From the IMG/VR virus record IMGVR_UViG_3300021379_000005, positions 1 through 64,000 of that record: DNA of 64,000 nt. One strand, written 5' to 3'. This stretch comes from a virus (taxonomy: Duplodnaviria; Caudoviricetes). Shown in pieces: positions 20,001 through 28,208 of the stretch. Below the pieces are notes generated by a model. The model made no database searches. It worked only from the letters and a program-made list of their open reading frames with translations, and had not been told where the DNA came from. Position numbers and translations under genes: made by a program. How positions within the stretch are numbered: position 1 is the stretch's first letter; each line of letters begins with the position of its first letter.

Positions 20001-23000
20001 ACTGCTAGGGGCGGTACTAGAAGATTGTACAGATGCACCACCATCTCCTGCCGCCTCAACCCACTGCGAGGAAGTTCCATCATTATAATAAATGAATGTT
20101 TTTAATCCAGTAGAATCAAACCACAAATCACCATCATTTGGATTGGATGGTGCAACATCACCAACAGTAATCGCAGCAATATCTAAAAGTCCAGTTGCAT
20201 CAGTAAAATCAGATAAGTCTGTAGGTGTGTTTGATAAATCTGCATACGAACCAGAAAATGCAACATTTGCAAGATTCGCAATCGCCCAAGTATTTACTCT
20301 TGCATCTGTATAGTAAAGATTTGTAGAACCTTCAGTAAGTCCATCTGTATCTTTTGCGGCAAATGCGGTATCAAATCGTGCTTGAGTATAATATAGATTT
20401 GTTATCCCTTCTGCAATATTGTCGGTTGTTTTTGCTGCAATATTCGCATCTACTCTTGCATCTGTATAATATAGATTTGTACCCTCTGTTAAATCAGTAG
20501 TAGACTTTGCTGAAAACGCAGTATCAAATCGTGATTGAGTATAATATAAATTTGTACCTTCCGCCAAATCAGTAGTGGTGTGATTGCTAATATCTGAAAC
20601 TTGTCCAGTTATATTTGCATTAATATCTTTGTTTGATGAAAATTCATCAGTGGTAGAGTTATAAGTAAAGGTCGCAGAACCATCTGTACCCAAATCAATC
20701 GTAATCCCACCACCATTGGCAGCAGCTGCATTTGTTGCCCCACTTCCCAATACAATATTTAAATCGTCAACTTCTACCGTAGTAGAGTTGATGGTTGTTG
20801 TAGTGCCATCGACCTGTAGGTCACCAGCAATTACAACCTTTCCTGTATTGTCTCCTACCCCTGCAGGGTCAATAGTTAATGTGGATGGGCCTGCAATATA
20901 ACCAGTGGTTGTGATATTTCCATATGTTCTATTACCACTTATATAAGTCGCAACTCTTGCATCAGTATAATATAAATTGGTAGTGCCTTCTGTAATATCA
21001 TCAGTTGTTTTTGATGCAATATTTGCATCAACTCTAGCATCAGTATAGTAAAGATTTGTACCTTCAGTTAAATCGGTTGTCGATTTTGTAGCAAGTCTTG
21101 CATCAAATCTAGCATCAGTATAGTAAAGATTTGTACCTTCAGTTATGTGGTCTGTTGAAGATGGTATTGAGAAAACACCAGTAGAAGATGCATACCCAGC
21201 GACACCTGTTGTTACACTGACTGCATTTCTTACTCTAGTATCTGTATAATACAGATTTGTAGAACCTTCTGGAAGGTCATCTGTACTCGTTGGAAGTTCA
21301 CTATTGTTTGCAAGTTCTATCCAGTTTCCAGCATGGGCATAATATGCCTTTCCAGTACCATGGACATGAGCAAACATACCATGGTAAGAAGATGCATTTG
21401 GTAAGTCTCCTAATGCAGAGTAAACATTAGAGAATAAAATTTTATTTGAACCAAGGTCTAAATCTTGTCCTTCGACATGTGAACGAACCCTTGCGTCTGT
21501 ATAGTAAAGATTATTACCTTCGGTTAAATCGGTTGTTGTTTTCGCTGCAAATGCAGAATCAAAATCTGCCTGACTAAACGGAGCTTGCGGAATCCAAGAT
21601 GTTCCATTCCATACAAGTGCATCACCAGAAGTAGGAGAACTTGCATTTACATCTGTCAAGTCATTAAGTACTAAATTGTCAATTTGACTTTGTAGATTTA
21701 AGTCCGCCTGTTCTCTATCGTAAATCTCATCATCTAAATCGGATGAAACGGATGCGATCTGTGCTGCAACAGCAGATGTGGTAGTGTAACCATTATTATT
21801 AAGATATGTTGCAACTCTAGTATCCGTATAGTAAAGATTTGTACCTTCGGTTAAATCGGTTGTTGTTTTCGCTGCAAAGTTTGAATCGACTCTAGCATCC
21901 GTGTAGTAAAGGTTTGTTCCTTCAGAAAGGTCTGTAGTGGATTTTGTTGCAAGTCTTGTATCAAATGCAATATTTACTCTTGAATCTGTATAGTAAAGAT
22001 TTGTAGAACCTTCAGAAAGATCATCTGTGGTGTTGTTTGATAGATTAATTCCATCGATACTAGATGCTAGTGCAATAGTAAGTGTATTATTTACATCATC
22101 ATAAATAACAGAAATATCTTCGCCTGCTTGAATTAAAGCTGCGACTCTATCATCAACTCTTTCTTCTGTGAAATATAAGTTTGCACCTTCCGCAAGATCA
22201 GTTGTAGATTTTGTTGCCAGTCTTGTATCAAATCTTGCTTCTGTATAGTAAAGATTTGTACCTTCAGCAAGGTCTGTCGTTGTTTTTTGACTTAAATCTA
22301 AATTCGAACCTATTTGAAGTGCAACTCTTGTATCAACTCTAGCGTCAGTGTAATAAAGATTATTACTACCTTCTACAACATCATCAGTTGTTCTATTTGC
22401 AAGGAATGTGTTTACAGTCCCTTCGACAATATCATCCGTATCGAATTCAGTAAAATCAATTTCTACATTTAAAAGATTGCCAGCATCATCATAATTTTTA
22501 GTTAATCCTTTACCATCAACAAAAAGATTTGCAACTCGATCATCTACTCTTTCATCTGTATAGTAAAGATTTACAGTTCCTTCGTTTATATCGTCTGTTG
22601 TTCTATTTGATAGGAAAGTATTAACAGTACCTTCGACAATATCATCAGTATCGAATTCTGAAAAGTCAATTGCAATGTTTAGAAGATTTCCGGCATCATC
22701 ATATGACTTTTGAATTCCTTTTCCATCAACAAAAAGATTTGCAACTCTATCGTCTACTCTTTCGTCTGTAAAATAAAGATTTGTTCCTTCTGGAATATCA
22801 GAAGTTGATCTATTTGCAAGGAATGTGTTAACTGAACCTTCAATGATATCATCAGTATCAAATTCACTGAAGTTTATTTCGATGTTTAGAAGATTTCCGG
22901 CATCATCATAATTTTTCTGGATGCCAACGCCATCGACAATAAGAGCTGCAACCCTATCATCTACTCTTTCTTCAGTGAAATATAGATTGGTTGTGCCCTC

Positions 23001-23216
23001 TGGAATATCGTCAGTATTTGGTTTGTTTAATAGATCTGTCCAACTACCAGATGCTGCAATTGCTGAAAGACCAAGGTTGGTTCTAGCGTCTGCAGCGTTA
23101 GTTGCACCAGTTCCACCGTGATCCAGACCTACCGTTTCATTTGTTCGAAATTCACTTAAACCTGTTGTATCACCAGAACCATCTACGACTACTCTTATTG
23201 GGATAGCGTTAGTCAT
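14094..23216 (-). CDS. Giant repeat-rich long tail fibre (3040 aa)
   Basis: About 33 T.DL.EG.(x)NLYYT..R repeats, 7 AP..P..GDLWF.S...QW modules, 3 YHGMFAHVH modules, L.DL.DV repeats, and a C-terminal YTASAGD..VD.....VTLP..P..GD domain like T4 gp34/gp9-10-type repeats. GAGG RBS. Confidence 0.88.
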   Translation of the reverse strand: MTNAIPIRVVVDGSGDTTGLSEFRTNETVGLDHGGTGATNAADARTNLGLSAIAASGSWTDLLNKPNTDDIPEGTTNLYFTEERVDDRVAALIVDGVGIQKNYDDAGNLLNIEINFSEFDTDDIIEGSVNTFLANRSTSDIPEGTNLYFTDERVDDRVANLFVDGKGIQKSYDDAGNLLNIAIDFSEFDTDDIVEGTVNTFLSNRTTDDINEGTVNLYYTDERVDDRVANLFVDGKGLTKNYDDAGNLLNVEIDFTEFDTDDIVEGTVNTFLANRTTDDVVEGSNNLYYTDARVDTRVALQIGSNLDLSQKTTTDLAEGTNLYYTEARFDTRLATKSTTDLAEGANLYFTEERVDDRVAALIQAGEDISVIYDDVNNTLTIALASSIDGINLSNNTTDDLSEGSTNLYYTDSRVNIAFDTRLATKSTTDLSEGTNLYYTDARVDSNFAAKTTTDLTEGTNLYYTDTRVATYLNNNGYTTTSAVAAQIASVSSDLDDEIYDREQADLNLQSQIDNLVLNDLTDVNASSPTSGDALVWNGTSWIPQAPFSQADFDSAFAAKTTTDLTEGNNLYYTDARVRSHVEGQDLDLGSNKILFSNVYSALGDLPNASSYHGMFAHVHGTGKAYYAHAGNWIELANNSELPTSTDDLPEGSTNLYYTDTRVRNAVSVTTGVAGYASSTGVFSIPSSTDHITEGTNLYYTDARFDARLATKSTTDLTEGTNLYYTDARVDANIASKTTDDITEGTTNLYYTDARVATYISGNRTYGNITTTGYIAGPSTLTIDPAGVGDNTGKVVIAGDLQVDGTTTTINSTTVEVDDLNIVLGSGATNAAAANGGGITIDLGTDGSATFTYNSTTDEFSSNKDINANITGQVSDISNHTTTDLAEGTNLYYTQSRFDTAFSAKSTTDLTEGTNLYYTDARVDANIAAKTTDNIAEGITNLYYTQARFDTAFAAKDTDGLTEGSTNLYYTDARVNTWAIANLANVAFSGSYADLSNTPTDLSDFTDATGLLDIAAITVGDVAPSNPNDGDLWFDSTGLKTFIYYNDGTSSQWVEAAGDGGASVQSSSTAPSSPSDGDLWFNDNNLKLYIYYNDGSSAQWVEASGGIAQDTDAIPEGNNNLYYTDTRFDTRFATKDTDDLVEGSTNLYYTDARVDARIAASSLGSTDDLPEGSTNLYYTDARVQAVSINEIVEDITPTLGGNLNANTFNITNISADGYSLPVADGTNRQVIMTDGSGTLSFENLDTIHTEVTNQTGSTILKGTPVYQTGTSGNAMTIAPADASSSTTMPAVGVLEQDLVSGATGFVIHMGKISGVDTSAFNEGDTIYVAVGGGYTNTPPVGESNLLQNLGRVTKVHASNGAGVIMGAGRTNAVPNLNDGNIFIGDSNNQATTASLNTSVQNYLSNLSGSIVPDTNVTYDLGSNTNRFKDIYLSGSSIYLGTLQLSDNNGALEVTTSGSTEAFATETYVDTAVANLVDSSPTTLDTLNELAAALGDDPNFSTTITNLIGTKLATADFNTTADSWLTGKTTTDLTEGTNLYYTDARVDARIAIQTGVNLSLANKTTDDLSEGSTNLYYTDSRVETYLESNAAADRIQLRTNNAYFGVGTATGSAGMAIKNNSGQPFFYGQKYLPANNGQTDLELEANTGGKINVNAFRIYNVGTPSDPSDAATKSYVDSAIATKDQLSELSGTTDDISEGSTNLYYTDARVDARITASNPYDSSDFDTDFSGKSTTDLTEGTNLYYTDARADARVAAANIGVLNDVNTTGIATGDFLLYDGSEFLPVDFATEVNTYADTRINTASIQDLSDVDAVDTPASGDVLLYDAGNSNFGFINLGNEINSYFDTRFATKDTDDLTEGNTNLYYTDARVASYLSGTGYATTSYVTAQIASISSDLDDEVYDREQADLNLQSQIDSLTTNIGALVLDDLSDVDTTTTAPTNGQTLIFNGTTFVPGTISGYTSTDFDTDFGTKSTTDLSEGTNLYYTDARVRTHIQGADLDMGSNKILFSNVYANTGDLPSASSYHGMFAHVHGTGKAYYAHNGQWVELANVSELPTNTDDVSEGSTNLYYTDARVDARITASNPYDSSDFDTDFGTKSTTVLSEGTNLYYTDARVQSYLTAQGIATETLTSLGIAGNVLTYTDEDGNTTNIDLSLYLDDTNLARLVSGTLNGTTGIATFTRDDATTFTIDFSPLFDDTNLSRINSATFTNGTLTLTRDDASTAATVSLDGRYLQDLSGLTTDNLSEGSTNLYYTQTRFNSAFAGKTTTDLTEGTNLYYTDARVDARIAAANIVSGSSIDDLSDVDTSTTTPTDGQALVWDNTNSKWVPGAAASGSSIDVSDIAPSNPSDGDLWFDSSELKTYIYYNDGTSSQWVEAAGNVASSVHLSDAAPSTPSEGDLWFNSSNLRLYVYYNDGSSSQWIEASGSVNSAGQTSLDDLTDVDTTTTAPTNGQTLVFNGTNFVPGTISGYATSDFNTDFATKDTDDLTEGSTNLYYTDSRVQTKLGDVSGHIIPDTDVTYDLGSSTHKFRDLYLSGNSITLGGIVITEHSGALQVHTTGGGAAQPFATVSYVDTELANLVSSAPTTLDTLNELAAALGDDPNFATTITNLIGTKLAITDFNTTADSWLTTKSTTDLSEGTNLYYTDARVRSHVEGQDLDLGTNKVLFSNVYATIGDLPSAASYHGMFAHVHATGKAYYAHGGSWIELANVSEVFDGTWASLTGTPTTIAGYGITDAFDGDYNSLTNKPSVPSALDDLTDVDLTTTSPTDGQALIWDSVNSVWKPGNVASGGGGGASVSVSDTAPSSPSVGDLWFNSANTKMYVYFNDGTSSQWIQSNPSGATSPIISSDTAPTNPVVNSLWFDSSDGSLYFRYDDGSSEQWVNLIGASLSGGGGGASVTVSDTAPTSPSAGDMWFDSQYATLLIYYNDGTNSQWVSVSGENNSTSTPQWQEQSADYTASAGDKLFVDCSSSAVIVTLPSSPTQGDEIRIIDATGNASINNITINRNGSNIQGTADNLIIETDRAAFGLVYYNTTQGWLLMER
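15270..23010 (-). repeat. Dispersed coding repeat TTDLxEGxNLYYTDARV (about 33 copies)
   Basis: Recurrent + strand (a/g)tagtaaagatttgt(a)..ccttc; copies counted in the translated ORF. Confidence 0.9.
22400..23010 (-). repeat. Three tandem copies of a 69-70 aa (207-210 nt) unit
   Basis: catcatcata at 22484, 22694 and 22901; peptide YDDAGNLLNI.I.F.EFDTDDI.EG.VNTFL.NR three times. Confidence 0.9.
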
Positions 23217-23240
23217 TAAATTCCTCTTTTCTTACTATTT

Positions 23241-23272
23241 AGGTTCGGCCATACTCAGTATGACCGAAACCT
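23241..23272 (-). promoter_or_regulatory. Intergenic stem-loop without a U-tract, upstream of the giant fibre gene
   Basis: - strand AGGTTTCGGTCATAC-TGA-GTATGGCCGAACCT (one bulge, one G-U pair). It abuts a CCTAAATA late-promoter-like variant at 23236-23243. Confidence 0.6.
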
Positions 23273-23283
23273 TAAACTTTCAA

Positions 23284-26200
23284 TTAAGAGGTAAGTAGAG
23301 TTGTATCTGCATCGGTAGATTCGATGCCGTTTCCAGCAACTAGCATTAGTAATCTCATACCATTACCATAAGCTTCGGATGACATTAATCCTCTATACAG
23401 TCTCCTCTTATCTGTTGTTCCAGTGGTACTAAATCTATCACTGGTGATAAGAGTGTCTTGTCCCACCGCACCAGCAGCACAGAAAGAAATCAAGTCGAGT
23501 TCTTTTCCTGTGTATAAGAAACGTTGTGACCCAAGTCTGTTAGGGAATTGGATAACCAATTGTCCTTTATCATTAAGAGACAATTGTTCTAATGGGTTAA
23601 TGACAGCATGAGAATCTGTTTCATTAATACCAGCAAAAACATGTCTATCCCATGGTTTCAAAACATCCTTTTCACGAACAACAAAACGTCTAAATCTTGC
23701 TTGGGTGTCCATATCCAGTGCAAGCAACTCTTGGTTTTGCATTTCATCAATTGTGAAATTATACAAGTAATTTCCAGCAACATCATATATACCAGTATAT
23801 GCAATAGACTCTTCTCTCTGTGTTGTTTTAGAAGTAAAGTAAGGAACTAAATCAGAGAACAATGTTGGTGGTTCGGAAGTTGCATAAACACAATGGATCG
23901 GTTGATGTTCTGATGAATAGTCAGCCTCACCAGTAATAGAATCAACGTGTCTTTGAACAACAAGCCATGCGTGATCGTCTGATTGATCTGATGATGCCTG
24001 ATCTCTAACCATCAATGCAATACCGTGATCTGCAAATGTCGCAGTAAATGACATTGGATACGATACAGCAACATCTGGATGCGATTTTCCAGTTCTTCTA
24101 AACCATCCTTTTTGAAGTCTCAGAGAACCAGAATTATATGGAGTATCATATGTCAGTTCTGTAGAAGAACCTACCAAAAATCTTTCCTCATATCTATATT
24201 CATTGTCATTTAATATTCCTTCTGTGACAACTTGTCCGTTATTTTTTGTGATAGAATACCCAGCAGGGTCTACAAAGGGCCCATATAACCCCGCAATTAA
24301 TGTACCTGTAACATCAAAATGTTTTCTACCTACCAAACCAGCAGTTGGATTAAAATTAGTTACAACAGAATTTCTTAATTGTTCTCTATTCACAAAAGGA
24401 CTAATTAAGTGGGATGCACTCTCTAGATATCCAGTAAACTGAGGACGCAATGCACCCAAGAAGCCAGGTTCTCTCATTTTAGCTTCTTTAATACCATCTC
24501 TTCCTTCAATTTGAGAAACATCACCATCTGATTTCAACTGGAATTCAGTTGCAACGTGACACTTAAAATACTCAAAACTATTAGAGGCATCAGTATCTCC
24601 TCTTACTTGAAGAACTGCATCGTTGATATATGGCGAAGTTTCTCTCACTTCGTATCCTCTAGAAATATCAAAACGAATTCTCCAAGCTTGGTCTCCGTTA
24701 TTTCCAGATAAAGGATTTGCACCTTTTGTCTGCAGAACAATTGGACCCATAGAGTAGTCTGTAATGTACTCAAAACTATCAATTTCTATTTCATGAGTAT
24801 ATGTGTCGAACTCTTTAAAACTTGTTTTAGACAAAGAAAGGCCAGGGTGTGTACTATTTGGATGTCTAGTTCTTTGGTCTAAATCAAAAGAAATTTGCGG
24901 CCCGACTGGTCTAGAACCATCTGTATGCAAAATATTTTGTTGATATGAAACAAAATATGAAGTATCCGTTCCATCAGCACCGAGTTGAACTTTCCAGTTT
25001 CCATTTATTGGATTTGCAAAAGTACCAAAGTCTCTTGCAATTGGAAATTGCAATCTAACTTTTGATACATCAGATATTTGTGGAGATTGTGTTTGAGAAA
25101 GTTCAAACTCCATTGGATCACCATCAACATCCGCATCACCACTAGAAGTTCTACCAGTATCTGTTGCGGTTAAAAGTGTTGCAAGAGTATATGTACCAGA
25201 AACTGTAAACGCAGTTGGTAGTGCAGTAACATCTGCAACGGTGACACCATTAACAGGATAGTCAGTCACTGTGACTTCTCCAATTGTTGTGTCGGCAAAA
25301 TGTGTAGAATCTGCAGATGCAAGTCCAGAAACTCTACCCTTTCCACCAAATCCAAAATATGCAGATGAATTTTTATTATATTCTAATATAATTGAAGAAC
25401 CAGAAGATTTAACTGTCATATAGGTGTTGATATAACCAATTTGACGCAATCTACCGACAATCTGAGATGTCATTTGTGCAGAGTTTAGATTTTCTAATGC
25501 CTTAAACTCAAGAACAATGTCATCTAAAGTTGCATTTGCAGTATCATATACTCCTGCAGCAACTTGCGTTTCATCAACCAATCCAGAAATTGTAATTACG
25601 GTGGTGTCCCCAATATTACAACCATCAAATCCTCTTAGTTGTACTTGATGGTAATATCCATTCGGGAAAACAGGTTCCGCTGCAAGTGTGGTTGTTCCAT
25701 CTGTAATAGTAGATGTTGCAGTAGTAATAGGAACAGTAAATTGAGTTAAATTGTTTGCAAGGACTGCCTGAGGGCGTTCTGTTCTCTCTACACTTACAGC
25801 AAGAGAGAAACCAACTTCTCTAGATTCAAATTCAATTACACCTTCTCTATCGTCTTGATTAATTGACGCAATGAAAGGGCCACCCTTCGGATCGCATAGT
25901 GCAGTTTTTACTAATATGTCGTAAACATCTTGCGTATATCCAACAATACTGTTATCTAAACCAACAGGTACATCAATTTCATATTCGATAGTCGAATTTG
26001 GTGCAAGGTTTGTAACCGCAAAAGTAAACTTATAACTATCACCTCTTTGTAGATTATTACCATTAAATGTGTGAAGGTATCCTAAAATCAATTCCCCACG
26101 ATATCTTCTTGGTTCTAGTGTTCCTGCAGGAAAGAAAAATTCATCTCTGTAGTTAGAAATCCAGAAATGGTGAAAAACATCACCCTGTGCTGTTATCTCT

Positions 26201-27177
26201 TCTCTATATTGACGAAGTTTTGCCTGTGTATTAATTCCAGATTCAATGTCTGGTAAAAATTTAACCTCTCTCGCTGTATTTGTCAGACATCTTTTAATTT
26301 TATTGTATTCGTTTTGATAAACTGCCCTAGAAATATTTGGAAGTCCGATATATCCTGCTTGATTTTGCTGTGAAAGTTTTACAGGAGAAGGTGCCTCTTT
26401 GTAAAAATGTCCATTCAACAGAGTTGCAGGTCTTGGATCGCCAGTACCAAATACCAAATTCTGTCCACTCACACTAATAATCGGGTCCGAAAGAGTAACA
26501 ACATTGATATTAATCTCAGTAATTGTTGGATATGGCGCCGAAAGTGCAACACCATTATTTGACCTCAATTCCATACCAACAGATAATTGAGCTGCATTAT
26601 AAGTGGTTACGTTAGTTGAACCAGCTGGATCACTATCGGCATCAATAGTAACTGTAGTTGCCCAAGAACTATTTACACCACCGCCCCTTCTATTTGGATG
26701 TGGGTTTAAATATGCAAATAATTCCGCATTTGGGCCCAATATTTTATCTGCAGTGAGGCCTGCTTGACCGGCAGCTTGTGCAGATGGAAATGTTTCTGAT
26801 AATAGATCATGCCAATCTTTATCATCATAAAGGTCATCGATTTCTTTTCTTCTTGCGATTGAGCTGTCGCCGTCTAGATAAAATGGGGTGAATGTTTGCC
26901 CACCAGCTGGACTGACAGGATTATCAATTCCATATGCACCTTCTGTTGACGATGTTACGCCAGAATCATAATTCCACACGATAAATTCATCAATATATTT
27001 TGTTAATTCTGAATCTCTGATCGAAATCTTTGTGATTTGCGGCCCGACATCATCAAATCCATTTTCTAAGAACTGTTCTGTTACTTGTTGTATAAGCGGA
27101 ATAAAATCATCACGCTTTGGATCTCTGTAGTATCCGTCCATGTGAATGATTTCATTTTTTTGGATAGACTTAGACAT
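23284..27177 (-). CDS. Large virion structural protein, paralogue family member 4 (1297 aa)
   Basis: Shares SIQ.N, WRIRF, GRDGIK..REPG, YPMS..T..DHG, DDHAW.VVQRHVD, RFVVRE.DVLKPWD, INP.EQLS and GNGMR blocks with 38878-43587, 43682-47887 and 47961-50012. Confidence 0.85.
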   Translation of the reverse strand: MSKSIQKNEIIHMDGYYRDPKRDDFIPLIQQVTEQFLENGFDDVGPQITKISIRDSELTKYIDEFIVWNYDSGVTSSTEGAYGIDNPVSPAGGQTFTPFYLDGDSSIARRKEIDDLYDDKDWHDLLSETFPSAQAAGQAGLTADKILGPNAELFAYLNPHPNRRGGGVNSSWATTVTIDADSDPAGSTNVTTYNAAQLSVGMELRSNNGVALSAPYPTITEININVVTLSDPIISVSGQNLVFGTGDPRPATLLNGHFYKEAPSPVKLSQQNQAGYIGLPNISRAVYQNEYNKIKRCLTNTAREVKFLPDIESGINTQAKLRQYREEITAQGDVFHHFWISNYRDEFFFPAGTLEPRRYRGELILGYLHTFNGNNLQRGDSYKFTFAVTNLAPNSTIEYEIDVPVGLDNSIVGYTQDVYDILVKTALCDPKGGPFIASINQDDREGVIEFESREVGFSLAVSVERTERPQAVLANNLTQFTVPITTATSTITDGTTTLAAEPVFPNGYYHQVQLRGFDGCNIGDTTVITISGLVDETQVAAGVYDTANATLDDIVLEFKALENLNSAQMTSQIVGRLRQIGYINTYMTVKSSGSSIILEYNKNSSAYFGFGGKGRVSGLASADSTHFADTTIGEVTVTDYPVNGVTVADVTALPTAFTVSGTYTLATLLTATDTGRTSSGDADVDGDPMEFELSQTQSPQISDVSKVRLQFPIARDFGTFANPINGNWKVQLGADGTDTSYFVSYQQNILHTDGSRPVGPQISFDLDQRTRHPNSTHPGLSLSKTSFKEFDTYTHEIEIDSFEYITDYSMGPIVLQTKGANPLSGNNGDQAWRIRFDISRGYEVRETSPYINDAVLQVRGDTDASNSFEYFKCHVATEFQLKSDGDVSQIEGRDGIKEAKMREPGFLGALRPQFTGYLESASHLISPFVNREQLRNSVVTNFNPTAGLVGRKHFDVTGTLIAGLYGPFVDPAGYSITKNNGQVVTEGILNDNEYRYEERFLVGSSTELTYDTPYNSGSLRLQKGWFRRTGKSHPDVAVSYPMSFTATFADHGIALMVRDQASSDQSDDHAWLVVQRHVDSITGEADYSSEHQPIHCVYATSEPPTLFSDLVPYFTSKTTQREESIAYTGIYDVAGNYLYNFTIDEMQNQELLALDMDTQARFRRFVVREKDVLKPWDRHVFAGINETDSHAVINPLEQLSLNDKGQLVIQFPNRLGSQRFLYTGKELDLISFCAAGAVGQDTLITSDRFSTTGTTDKRRLYRGLMSSEAYGNGMRLLMLVAGNGIESTDADTTLLTS

Positions 27178-27221
27178 TAATAAACTCCTATTATTTTAAA
27201 TTGCAATTATTTATTTCTTAT

Positions 27222-27229
27222 TATTTATA
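27222..27229 (-). promoter_or_regulatory. T4-type late promoter TATAAATA
   Basis: Exact motif in the AT-rich gap upstream of 23284-27177. Confidence 0.8.
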
Positions 27230-27238
27230 AAAAAGAAT

Positions 27239-28171
27239 TTATACACCGTTTACGACCAAATCTATATCGTCTTGAGTACCATTTGCCGTAAAAAATTCAA
27301 CTACACCACTTAATATTTGATTGCCGTGGAAAGTCGTAGTCAATGGAATATCATCCCTACTACCATCTTCCATGGTGAACTTTATAAAACCACCAACTCC
27401 AAAATCACTAGTTGGTTCGTATTTTCCACTGGTGGTATCATAAACAATACCAACCTTTCCAGCACCAGATACTTGTGCTGCGGTGTGTCCTTCATATGCA
27501 AAATTTGCAAGGTCGTTAGTGACCCCTGTTATTTGTGATATAATAGAAGATTCTACACCAGTTGCCCTATTAATTTCGTTTTGCAGAGCAGCGTCCAACA
27601 ATACATCAGCATTATTTAGACTAGTTGCACCAGAAATAAAATTGGTATTTGCATTTGGAGTATAAGTACCATCCGCATTTAGTCCAGAGCCACCTATGAT
27701 TGCGTTTATTTGGTTTCTAAGTGGTGTAAAATCTACCGTTACTGATGTAGTACTCGTGTCTGGGTTGTATATAACAATAATATCTCCGCCAAATTCAAGT
27801 CCACCAGTGATATTATCTTGAACTAAAAGTGCCTGTCCTACTTCAAACCAAGCTTCTCCTGTGCCATAAAACAATCTTCCAGAAGTACTATCCATTGCTA
27901 TTCTACCAGCATCTGGAACTTCTTGTTGAATTGCGATTATAGAAGAATATGTTTCATATCGTGCGAGTTCAAAATTATCTCGCATTTGTTGTCTGATTGC
28001 ATCGAGCAATTCTTCATCTGTTGCTGTTGCAGGAAGACCATTACTTTCTCTACTTCCCCCTGCGCCAATACCACCATCTAGAATACCAATATAATCGGAT
28101 TCTAAAAATTCTCCAAGAACAACGTCACCAGACTGTTGTACGAGTGCCTTAATAGGATATGCAATTGCCAA
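27239..28171 (-). CDS. Short fibre/collar-like protein (310 aa, TTG start)
   Basis: GGAG lies 7 nt before the TTG. N-terminus resembles that of the 3040-aa fibre; GLNADGTY...ATSL..LLD..L block shared with 55688-56887; duplicated F...[DN]G..DDI.L C-terminus. Confidence 0.78.
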   Translation of the reverse strand: MAIAYPIKALVQQSGDVVLGEFLESDYIGILDGGIGAGGSRESNGLPATATDEELLDAIRQQMRDNFELARYETYSSIIAIQQEVPDAGRIAMDSTSGRLFYGTGEAWFEVGQALLVQDNITGGLEFGGDIIVIYNPDTSTTSVTVDFTPLRNQINAIIGGSGLNADGTYTPNANTNFISGATSLNNADVLLDAALQNEINRATGVESSIISQITGVTNDLANFAYEGHTAAQVSGAGKVGIVYDTTSGKYEPTSDFGVGGFIKFTMEDGSRDDIPLTTTFHGNQILSGVVEFFTANGTQDDIDLVVNGV

Positions 28172-28200
28172 TGAAAAACTCCGTCTTATCTTTTATACAT

Positions 28201-28208
28201 TATTTATA
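28201..28208 (-). promoter_or_regulatory. T4-type late promoter TATAAATA
   Basis: Exact motif immediately after the PAAR stop codon and upstream of 27239-28171. Confidence 0.8.

Noticed and set aside
15270-23010. CRISPR-like repeat-spacer appearance of the tagtaaagatttgtaccttc repeats
   Set aside because: The repeats are degenerate at codon third positions, irregularly spaced and in frame within a 3040-aa ORF; no cas genes are present.
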